Assembly (NCBI GenBank): GCA_030616305.1
Contig: JAUWXQ010000001.1
Span: 1 to 40,498 of the forward strand
From: Hadesarchaea archaeon
GTDB lineage: Archaea; Hadarchaeota; Hadarchaeia; Hadarchaeales; Hadarchaeaceae
Direction of reading: 5' to 3'
Length of the DNA stretch: 40,498 bases
Both the position numbers and the translations under genes were made by a program. Shown here piece by piece: positions 24,885-32,003 of this stretch (the first letter of the stretch is position 1; each line of letters opens with the position of its first letter). Below the pieces are notes generated by a model, which did no database searches, was not told where the DNA came from, and saw nothing but the letters and a program-made list of their open reading frames with translations.

Positions 24885-25942
24885 ACCAACGACTCTTTTT
24901 GCTTGTTGGTAAAACCACTTTTGGTGAAGGGCCCATATGACCGCGTGAGAGGGGGCGCCGTAAGTCGTTTTCCTTGATTACCTCCCTCTGCCTCCTTTAG
25001 AAGCTCAAAGTACTCATTGAATATTCTGTCTATTTTCGCCTTCCTCCTGTCATCGGGCATCGGCGACCTCTTGGCTCCGCCGTCCTTGAACCTGTGCATA
25101 GTTTTGGTCGCCTTCTCGAAAAGCTCGTCTTTAATGATCCTACACTCCTCAATAACATCATCGACACCGGCAACTCTATAGGCTCCGGTGTAAAGCTCGT
25201 TAGCTAATACGTCCCTCACGGCTCTGGAATTCCACGGTTTGCCTTTTTTCGTCAAAATGTTCTCTTTGTTAAGCTCGAAAGCGACCTGATCAATCGACCT
25301 GTTTTTTACATACCTTTTGAAGATCCGCCGGACGAGCCTGGCCTCTTTCTTGTTTACCTTGAGTCCCCCATCTTCCGTCTTGTCGTAACCCAGCGGAGGG
25401 TGATCGTTTGGCCATTTGTGTTGTTTTGCGAGCGCGAACATCCCCATCCTCGCCCTCTCTCCGATCAGCTCACGCTCGAGTTCGGCCACCGACGCCAGAT
25501 TCCTGTAGTTGAACCTTCCCACCGAGGTCGTAGTGTCTATATACTCAGTGACGCTACAGAGCCCCACCCCCCACTCGCGGAGCTGTCTTTCCACATTCAC
25601 GAGGTCCACAAGCGACCGACAGAACCTATCGAGTTTCCAAAAGATGATCACATCAAATGCCCCTGCTTTGGCCCGCTCCAGCATCATCTGGAACTTCGGC
25701 CTTTCGATAGTTCCCCCGCTCACGCCGTCCTCCTTGAACACGTAGCTCGCTCTCCATCCTTTCTTGTCGCAGTAGTCCCAGCACCGCCTGATTTGCTCCT
25801 CCATGCTGTAGCCGAACCTCTGGTTTGGGGAGGAGGTTCTCGCGTAGATGGCGGCGAGCACTGCGTTTTTCTCGTCTCTTTTGTTTTCAGTTCTGGTAAA
25901 TATTGCAGTACAAATTTCCTGCTCAGCTTTAGCTCCGGCCAT
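24875..25942 (-). CDS. Serine recombinase (resolvase catalytic domain + recombinase domain)
   Basis: AAIYARTSSPNQRFGYSMEEQ (catalytic Ser), KLDRFCRS, PLGYDK...ARLVRRIFKRY. ATG at 25942 preceded by GGAGAGAGG; the track starts at 25969. Confidence 0.85.
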   Translation of the reverse strand: MAGAKAEQEICTAIFTRTENKRDEKNAVLAAIYARTSSPNQRFGYSMEEQIRRCWDYCDKKGWRASYVFKEDGVSGGTIERPKFQMMLERAKAGAFDVIIFWKLDRFCRSLVDLVNVERQLREWGVGLCSVTEYIDTTTSVGRFNYRNLASVAELERELIGERARMGMFALAKQHKWPNDHPPLGYDKTEDGGLKVNKKEARLVRRIFKRYVKNRSIDQVAFELNKENILTKKGKPWNSRAVRDVLANELYTGAYRVAGVDDVIEECRIIKDELFEKATKTMHRFKDGGAKRSPMPDDRRKAKIDRIFNEYFELLKEAEGGNQGKRLTAPPLTRSYGPFTKSGFTNKQKESLVCT

Positions 25943-26533
25943 TCCTCTCTCCTGTATGCTTAAGCACACAAGAGTGTATATGCTAAAGAGTATTTAAATG
26001 TTTTATAATTGTCCGTAACCAAAATCCCAAGGTGAACCCCCCACTACCACTGCAGCAGCTCCAAGGGGGCCTGAGAAACGGCAACAAGATGTTTGAGTTA
26101 AACATAGCTCCCCCCACATCGCTTGCGAAGTTGAATAACGCCCCCACAAAGAGGAGCATAGAAAATCCACATTCGTTTCAGTGTTGCCCTCACAGAAGAT
26201 ACTGATAAGAAAGGAAGCATTAAAAACATTAAGACATTGTGTTATTAATGTTGTTACATGAAGTTGCGCAGGGGGTTATCAAAGGAAATTGGAGGATTTA
26301 TGGTGGATGAAGAAATCAAGAAATGGGCAGAAAATGCTGAAAAAGGAATTGAACTGGGAAAACCTGCCTATATTGTGAAAAGCGATATTACCTCCAACAG
26401 TTCAAACAAACGAACTCACACATCGATGAAAGTTATTCCAACGTCGCACCCTACCCGCTTGAGATGCTCCATGAGATTTAAAGGCAAATCGCTCCCAACT
26501 TCCAAATTTGCAAATTGAGAGGTGCGAGGGAGT

Positions 26534-27298
26534 ATGAGTGAGATAATCAAAAAAGTGAGAAAGCGTGACGGTAGCATAGTCGACTTCGATCAAGAGCAGA
26601 TAACCAATGCCATCTTCAAAGCCGCCATCGAGGTCGGGGGGGGGCGAAACAGGAGGATCGTGGAAAGGCTGTCTGATGAGGTCGTCAGAGTTTTGGAGGA
26701 AAAATACGCGGGCACGATCCCGGGAGTCAAGGACATTCAGGATGTCATTGAAACGGTCCTGATTGAGCATGGCCACGCGAGGACAGCGAAAGCTTTCATC
26801 CTCTACCGAACAAGAGAATCCCAAATGTTGTCACTGGGTGCAGATAAACCCAAAGTATTTGTGGTTTATGGGCATAATCGAGATACTCTTTCTAAGTTAG
26901 AATTAACGCTTCGCCAAATAGGGGCTGAACCACTGATTTTTAATCAATTACCTACATCCGGTTCTCAAACAATTATTGAAATATTAGAAGAGAATATCCC
27001 GAAAGCTGACGCAATAGTGGTTCTACTAACACCTGACGACGAGGGCAGGAAACGGAACAGCGATGCAAAACTGGAACCTCGAGCCCGCCAGAATACTTTA
27101 ATAGAAGCAGGTTATGCTGTGATTTCGCAGCGTAAGAAAAGTATCCTAATTTCTCTTGGTGGTGTAAAAATTCCAACTGACTTTGATGGCATCTATAAAG
27201 TAGAAGATTTGCAGTGGTCTGATACAGTTGCTTTTCATGTTGCAAAGCGTTTACAAAATATGGGACTAAAGGTTGATCCAACAAAAGCTATTAGATAA
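26534..27298 (+). CDS. ATP-cone domain fused to a TIR-like (Cap12/PycTIR-type) effector domain
   Basis: N-terminus: IIKKVRKRDGSIVDFDQEQITNAIFKA...DIQDVIETVLIEHGHARTAKAFILYRTRE, ATP-cone as in NrdD/NrdR. C-terminus: KVFVVYGHNRD, VVLLTPDDEG, PRARQNTLIEAGYA and KIPTDFDGIY match the family described as predicted nucleotide-binding protein containing TIR-like domain. ATG at 26534 after GAGGTG/GGGAG; the track starts at GTG 26522. Confidence 0.75.
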   Translation: MSEIIKKVRKRDGSIVDFDQEQITNAIFKAAIEVGGGRNRRIVERLSDEVVRVLEEKYAGTIPGVKDIQDVIETVLIEHGHARTAKAFILYRTRESQMLSLGADKPKVFVVYGHNRDTLSKLELTLRQIGAEPLIFNQLPTSGSQTIIEILEENIPKADAIVVLLTPDDEGRKRNSDAKLEPRARQNTLIEAGYAVISQRKKSILISLGGVKIPTDFDGIYKVEDLQWSDTVAFHVAKRLQNMGLKVDPTKAIR

Positions 27299-27436
27299 GA
27301 CTAATCGTTTTAACAATAAATTTGGGATGATCGATAAACTGGCCAGCCCCTTTCTGATCATCAATGTATCTCTAGTGCTACTCGCAAGCTTCGGGTTCTG
27401 GAGTGAATGCCTAAGTTCACTTTGGTTTCAAACCTT

Positions 27437-27658
27437 TCAGCGCGATCTTCTGCTACTCAAAAGCTTGTTGAGTTCTTCCCTGTGAACCTTCAGCCATCTG
27501 AGTTCGTCCACAAACTCGTATTTTTTGTCCAGGTATTCCTTCACAGCTTTGACGAACGCTTGCGCGACACTTCTCTCATTCCCATTTTCGACCTCTTCCC
27601 TTACTCTAGTGTAGACGTCTACAGGGACGGTCACACATTTCTGTCCGGGTTGGGGCAT
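27437..27658 (-). CDS. Ribbon-helix-helix-like small regulator
   Basis: KCVTVPVDVYTRVREEVENGNERSVAQAFVKAVKEYL fits a strand-helix-helix pattern. Divergent from the wHTH gene across a palindromic operator. Confidence 0.5.
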   Translation of the reverse strand: MPQPGQKCVTVPVDVYTRVREEVENGNERSVAQAFVKAVKEYLDKKYEFVDELRWLKVHREELNKLLSSRRSR

Positions 27659-27674
27659 TTTTACTCCTCCATTA

Positions 27675-27738
27675 AACTGTTAATTAACAGTTAAATATAT
27701 AGGTGTCTCCTCGTTAAATTAACTGTTATAAAACTGTT
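27675..27738. promoter_or_regulatory. Operator-like cluster: an 18-bp perfect palindrome plus two direct AACTGTT half-sites
   Basis: aactgttaattaacagtt (27675-27692) is self-complementary. aactgtt recurs at 27721-27727 and 27732-27738, 11 bp apart. Lies in the divergent intergenic region next to the TATA-like ttaaatatata. Confidence 0.6.
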
Positions 27739-27772
27739 GGAGGACGGCGAAAGTTGTTAAAAAGGTGAAAAA

Positions 27773-28129
27773 ATGGCGATCGACTTGGGAGGAAGCCGAC
27801 AAATGCGAATAAACCATATCGCGACTTGCAATCGGGTGAAGCTAGAGCTTTTGAAAGCGTCGAAGGGCAAACTATTTTCAATCAGTGCCCTTGCTGAAAA
27901 AACAGGGTTTGATTGGCACACAGTGAAAAAATGTATCGAGGAAGACATAGGAGAAGAGTTGGATGGGCGGTTGTCCAGAACCACTACAAATGGACAGGAG
28001 ATATTTTTCGTGGAGCCACTGGCCTGTGACGTGTTGTCTAGAGCCGAACAAAAAGCAAAAGAAGAACGGAAGTTAGGGCTGGCAGAAGAGATAGGATCTG
28101 TACGGGGGAGATACTGCTCGGTATCGTAG
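27773..28129 (+). CDS. Winged-helix/HTH-like DNA-binding protein
   Basis: 118-aa ORF. KGKLFSISALAEKTGFDWHTVKKCIEE looks like an HTH. Charged C-terminal helix. Confidence 0.5.
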   Translation: MAIDLGGSRQMRINHIATCNRVKLELLKASKGKLFSISALAEKTGFDWHTVKKCIEEDIGEELDGRLSRTTTNGQEIFFVEPLACDVLSRAEQKAKEERKLGLAEEIGSVRGRYCSVS

Positions 28130-28130
28130 A

Positions 28131-28439
28131 GTGATAACTTTTACGGAGGTGTTTGAGGTGAAGTCATACAGAAGACAAGTTGAGAGTATACCTGATGGTG
28201 ACACCTTTGAAATATACAGAAGGATTCAAGGTTCAAACAAAATTAGATTAGCCAATGTCGATGCGCCGGCAGGAAATACGAGATCTGGCAAAAAGGCAAC
28301 GAATACTCTAAAAGGGATGATAGAGGACAGAACCGTAACCATAAGGCCCGTTGCGAGAGACCGATACGGCAGAATTGTGGCGGAAGTGTTTGCGGATCGA
28401 AAAAACGTAAATCGGAGAATGAGAGAAAAAGGATACTAA
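28131..28439 (+). CDS. Staphylococcal-nuclease (SNase/thermonuclease)-like domain protein, minimal size
   Basis: IPDGDTFEI...KIRLANVDAPAGNTRSGKKATNTLKGMI...RDRYGRIVAEVF...VNRRMREKGY is collinear with the SNase core. DAPE reads DAPA here. GTG start 1 nt after the upstream stop. Confidence 0.65.
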   Translation: MITFTEVFEVKSYRRQVESIPDGDTFEIYRRIQGSNKIRLANVDAPAGNTRSGKKATNTLKGMIEDRTVTIRPVARDRYGRIVAEVFADRKNVNRRMREKGY

Positions 28440-28485
28440 ACGAAGAGGATAAATACTTTCCTTACTTATTTTTTAATGTGTCCAT

Positions 28486-29166
28486 GTGATCGTCTCGTGC
28501 AGAATATTTAAACTGGAAAAAGTTTATCCGCTAAAAGAACTGCAAAAAAAGCTCCGAAAAAAAGGAATTATAGAGAAAGTTAGATTCAAAACGAATGGGA
28601 GGATTTTAAAATTACTTACTTTTATTGATGATGTTATTATGAAAGAAAATGATCTTCATGGATCGGTTAGTTATGAATCCCCTTTGCCAATTTTGCAGGC
28701 AGACGGTACAATAGAATGGGTTAAAGAGGCAATCAAAGTTAAGTTTGTTTTTGCTCCCTTTGGGAATTCAATATTTTTTATCCCATTCGGTTCGAACGCA
28801 GAGAGTGCGGCGACAAAGATGAATAACGCAATTTTTAAGGCCGATACGATCCTGAAGCAAGCATTTTCATCGGATATGATTGAAAGGTTCCTGAGTCAAA
28901 ACCCACATATATGGAAGAGTGGCAGGTGGGCTGGGCTCAATATACCAGGCATTTCAAAAGCGGCTTTAGCGGGCGCAGACTTATTGCGATCACCGGACTC
29001 TAGGAGGTATGACGTACATGGACACAAGAGCTTCGCTCTTGTAACATTAAAAGAAAATGGGTGGACGATAGGACTAAGCCAAAAAGGAGTAGTCGTTTTT
29101 TATTCCGAAGTAAGCAAAGAAGAGATATTACAATTTGTAAAAAGTAAGATCTTTTCTCTGCTGTAA
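28486..29166 (+). CDS. Hypothetical protein (start uncertain)
   Basis: 226-aa ORF from a GTG, same strand as the wHTH and SNase-like genes. No motif recognised. Confidence 0.45.
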   Translation: MIVSCRIFKLEKVYPLKELQKKLRKKGIIEKVRFKTNGRILKLLTFIDDVIMKENDLHGSVSYESPLPILQADGTIEWVKEAIKVKFVFAPFGNSIFFIPFGSNAESAATKMNNAIFKADTILKQAFSSDMIERFLSQNPHIWKSGRWAGLNIPGISKAALAGADLLRSPDSRRYDVHGHKSFALVTLKENGWTIGLSQKGVVVFYSEVSKEEILQFVKSKIFSLL

Positions 29167-29184
29167 AAACATTAATTATCGACA

Positions 29185-29883
29185 TTAAAGGTATACTGTG
29201 ATCATCTTTCGCAATATTGATGCGACATTTTGGTCTATGTTACCATAAGCTATTATTTTATCTCCAAATAGGTCAATCGAGTACTTATCTTCAATTTTCG
29301 CGGCGAGGGAGCTTAACTCAAGTCCGGATAAGACTCCTGTTAACTCATATATGTTTTTCAGCTCACAAACCAGACTTCTTTTCTCAAACTTTGCGTCCTT
29401 AATAACCTTTCTTAGACATTCTTCTATCTTCTCCGCCGCCGTTACCAAGTCTAAAATGTGGCCAACAAATTCTTTGTATCCACATAACGCTGTAAGATTC
29501 GCATCTATTCCTGAAATAATTACTTTATCTCCCATAGGTTCGAAAGCAAGCATGACTTCAGCATCTATCTCAGTTTTACCGCTTTCGAAATTAAATTTAA
29601 AATCCTCCCCCCGAGGCTCTAATTCGAAACCTTCGTTTTTTAGCTCCTTTTTAATAGACTCCTTAATTTCATTAAGAATTAAATTCTCATCGGTCAAATC
29701 ATTTGTTTTAGTCGTTAAAATCGTTTTGATATGCGGATTTCTAATGATTTTACTAAGCCATTTTTTGCGGTACTTTATTCTAAATCGCAATTCCGGGCCA
29801 GCAAAAAGTTCAACGAGTACATACACTACAAAAGAGATAATTATCCCAGTTGCAATCACTATCAAAATTTCAGAAATTCCCAT
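29185..29883 (-). CDS. N-terminally membrane-anchored hypothetical protein
   Basis: 232-aa ORF with TM segment MGISEILIVIATGIIISFVVYVLV and a cytoplasmic mixed alpha/beta domain. Last gene before the right island end. Confidence 0.55.
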   Translation of the reverse strand: MGISEILIVIATGIIISFVVYVLVELFAGPELRFRIKYRKKWLSKIIRNPHIKTILTTKTNDLTDENLILNEIKESIKKELKNEGFELEPRGEDFKFNFESGKTEIDAEVMLAFEPMGDKVIISGIDANLTALCGYKEFVGHILDLVTAAEKIEECLRKVIKDAKFEKRSLVCELKNIYELTGVLSGLELSSLAAKIEDKYSIDLFGDKIIAYGNIDQNVASILRKMITVYL

Positions 29884-29982
29884 TTTTATCCTCTCTCATA
29901 TTGTATGTCGCATAAATACATTAATTGCTTTTCAAGGGAGAAGGCACTTTTTTCTCCTTTGACGCATTCTATAGGCTTAATC

Positions 29983-29997
29983 AGTGAAAATTCAGGT
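29983..29997. repeat. Right terminal inverted repeat of the island
   Basis: agtgaaaattcaggt; see 12165-12179. Confidence 0.5.
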
Positions 29998-30057
29998 CCA
30001 AACATGCTTTTCCCCATGGGAAGCCCAAGCTGCGGTCGAAAGGTAGTGGGACTAACT

Positions 30058-30468
30058 ATGCGGCGCGAGAGCGTGGGCGTGGAATCCCTACCCGTAGTGC
30101 TACTACTCGGCGCGATGTTAGGGGCGAGCACCTTGGCGATAGGGGTCGCTTGCCTCGACCAGGCGCAAAGGCTCGGCAATCGGCAGCGGGCGATAGACGG
30201 TTTCAACCTCTTCGTCGAGCGGGCCCGGATGCTCAGCGCGGGAGGAGTGGGCAGTATTCAACTTGTCGAGCTTGAGCTTGGCGAGAGTTCAATCATCTTG
30301 GACGGGAAATTCGTGCAGCTCGTGATGGATGGAGAAGTCATAAGGAGCGATGTCCTCCTCCTGCCAATTTCTGCTCCTGAGCCTCAACTAGGTAGCGGCA
30401 GTTATCTCATCGAGCTCAAGCGCGGGGCAGATGGAAGGTGCTTCCTAGAGCTACGGTGGTTTGAGTGA
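30058..30468 (+). CDS. Prepilin-like protein (N-terminal hydrophobic helix)
   Basis: MRRESVGVESLPVVLLLGAMLGASTLAIGVACL. The start was chosen to exclude the AT-rich island DNA; the track ORF starts at 29731. Confidence 0.5.
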   Translation: MRRESVGVESLPVVLLLGAMLGASTLAIGVACLDQAQRLGNRQRAIDGFNLFVERARMLSAGGVGSIQLVELELGESSIILDGKFVQLVMDGEVIRSDVLLLPISAPEPQLGSGSYLIELKRGADGRCFLELRWFE

Positions 30469-30890
30469 ACGACCAGGGGCTACTAGCCAGTTTCTTGCTC
30501 TGTAAAATCGGCGTCGCGCTAGCGGCTTTGGCCTTCCTCGGGGTGGCTCTGTCGATGCACGCGAGCCTCGGGCGCCTCGCCGAGCGAGAGGACCTAACTC
30601 AACTCGCTGATGCCATCGCTGGCGCCATCGAGGCCGCAGATTCCCTGCCCGGTGAAGCTGAGATGTGGAGAGGCCTGCCAGCAGTTCCTCAGCAGTTCGA
30701 GGTGGTGGTGACGGGTGAGCGAGGCAGCGGGGTGCAGGTGGTTCGTGTGCACGTTATCGCGGAGGACGAGGTCGAGCGCGTGCTCATGCTTACAAACCAA
30801 GTGAACGGGGGGGAGTTCACGCTCACGATGAAAAACCCGCGCGAAATTCATCTCAGAAAAGCTGACGCGATTCAGCTGGAGTTGGTGTAA
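30465..30890 (+). CDS. Prepilin-like / pilus-associated protein
   Basis: GTG start overlapping the upstream stop (GTGA). MNDQGLLASFLLCKIGVALAALAFLGVAL. Confidence 0.5.
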   Translation: MNDQGLLASFLLCKIGVALAALAFLGVALSMHASLGRLAEREDLTQLADAIAGAIEAADSLPGEAEMWRGLPAVPQQFEVVVTGERGSGVQVVRVHVIAEDEVERVLMLTNQVNGGEFTLTMKNPREIHLRKADAIQLELV

Positions 30891-31331
30891 GTGGGATTTT
30901 CGGTTGGCGAAGATTTATTTTCGGTTCTAGTCGTCACAGGACTTGTCGTCGTGTTCGTCGCTGCCTTGACTCATTCCTACCACGTTTATGTGGAGCGGCG
31001 GAACGCATCCGAGGATTTCGACCTAGCACTCGATATCGCCGAACGACTCAGGGACCAAGTACTCATGGGGCAGGGCGACCAGCTTGGGCTGCTGGAACTC
31101 TCGCACGAACGACTTGAAAATTATTCCCGAATTTTGGTCCTGCAAGGGATAAACCTGCGAGTTGAAGTTAGGACCCTTGAGGGAGAACTCCTTTTCGCCC
31201 ACGGCTCCGAGCCAAACGCGCTTGAAGGGTATTTCTCACCGCCCGTCGGAGTTGCTCTACCTGTTATCGTGGCCCAAGACCAGAGCTCGGCGGCCCCATG
31301 TGCGCTCTCGGTACGGGTATGGAGAGGTTAG
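30891..31331 (+). CDS. Prepilin-like protein
   Basis: GTG start directly after the upstream TAA. MGFSVGEDLFSVLVVTGLVVVFVAAL. Confidence 0.5.
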   Translation: MGFSVGEDLFSVLVVTGLVVVFVAALTHSYHVYVERRNASEDFDLALDIAERLRDQVLMGQGDQLGLLELSHERLENYSRILVLQGINLRVEVRTLEGELLFAHGSEPNALEGYFSPPVGVALPVIVAQDQSSAAPCALSVRVWRG

Positions 31332-32003
31332 ATGGAGGAACGAGGATTCGGATACATCGCGGATATGCTCGTCTTCGCCCTCCTGCTCTCTACTGCCACC
31401 CTACTGCTGGCGGGGGCGAGCCCGGTTGACCCAAGGGCTGATAGCACCCGGTATGCCTCCAGCTTCGCGCAGAGCACCCTGCGTTCGCTCCAGAACACGA
31501 CTGCCGACCAGTTCGGTGGTTTCGGATACGAGTTCAGCACGTCTGAATGGGGCCTCTCAGTGACCGAAGGTTCGGCGAGACGTGAACTGCGCCACAAGAC
31601 CCTCGCACAGTTGCTCGCTGAGGATGCCCTTCTCAACCTGCGCGTGGAGGCAAGGGGTGCAGACTTCACGCTCCCGCAGCCAAATCAAGATATGAACGAG
31701 GAACTCAAGGGATTTCTCAAGTCAGCGCTGGATCGAATAATCGGCGGACGCTTCAGCTACCGCCTGCGTGCGAGGGCCGAACCCATCGGCCTAGAATTTG
31801 CACGAGTTCACTTCGAAACCGAGATAGAGGATTTAGCCCAAGCTAGAACCCAGCTTTGCTCCGAGACCATGATGCTCTCGTTGCCGGCATCGGAGGAGGA
31901 GCTAACGCGGCGCATCGAGGAAATGTTGGACATTGACTTGTTCGGGCAGGATTTGGAGGTTGACCCCATCATCGAAGTGACTTTGGAGCTGTGGTCGCGA
32001 TGA
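31332..32003 (+). CDS. Prepilin-like protein
   Basis: MEERGFGYIADMLVFALLLSTATLLLAG has RG/F then a hydrophobic helix. Abuts the upstream stop. Confidence 0.55.
   Translation: MEERGFGYIADMLVFALLLSTATLLLAGASPVDPRADSTRYASSFAQSTLRSLQNTTADQFGGFGYEFSTSEWGLSVTEGSARRELRHKTLAQLLAEDALLNLRVEARGADFTLPQPNQDMNEELKGFLKSALDRIIGGRFSYRLRARAEPIGLEFARVHFETEIEDLAQARTQLCSETMMLSLPASEEELTRRIEEMLDIDLFGQDLEVDPIIEVTLELWSR

Larger units (their letters stand above)
12165..29997. mobile_element. Composite integrated genomic (defence-type) island, about 17.8 kb, with inverted-repeat termini
   Basis: Visibly AT-richer than both flanks. Contains one tyrosine and two serine recombinases and dense nuclease, RM and TIR-like cargo. 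Both flanks encode + strand prepilin-like genes. Termini are 14/15-nt inverted repeats lying in intergenic DNA. Confidence 0.6.

Noticed and set aside
24222-24936. ORFs 24222-24842 (+), 24391-24657 (+) and 24559-24936 (-) around the methyltransferase 5' end
   Set aside because: They overlap the motif-supported methyltransferase, wHTH and recombinase genes in other frames or on the other strand, and have no motifs.
26258-26518. 86-aa ORF just upstream of the ATP-cone/TIR-like gene
   Set aside because: Only the segment MVDEEIKKWAENAEKGIELGKP looks protein-like, reminiscent of N-termini of some RHH antitoxins. The rest (TSNSSNKRTHTSMKVIPTSHPTRL...) looks like out-of-frame or decayed sequence. 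It may be a remnant and there is not enough evidence to call it a gene.
29351-30057. The + strand ORF 29351-29962, and the long N-terminal extension of ORF 29731-30468
   Set aside because: Both run antisense through the 232-aa minus-strand gene and across the island boundary and composition shift. The pilin-like gene more plausibly starts at the ATG at 30058.
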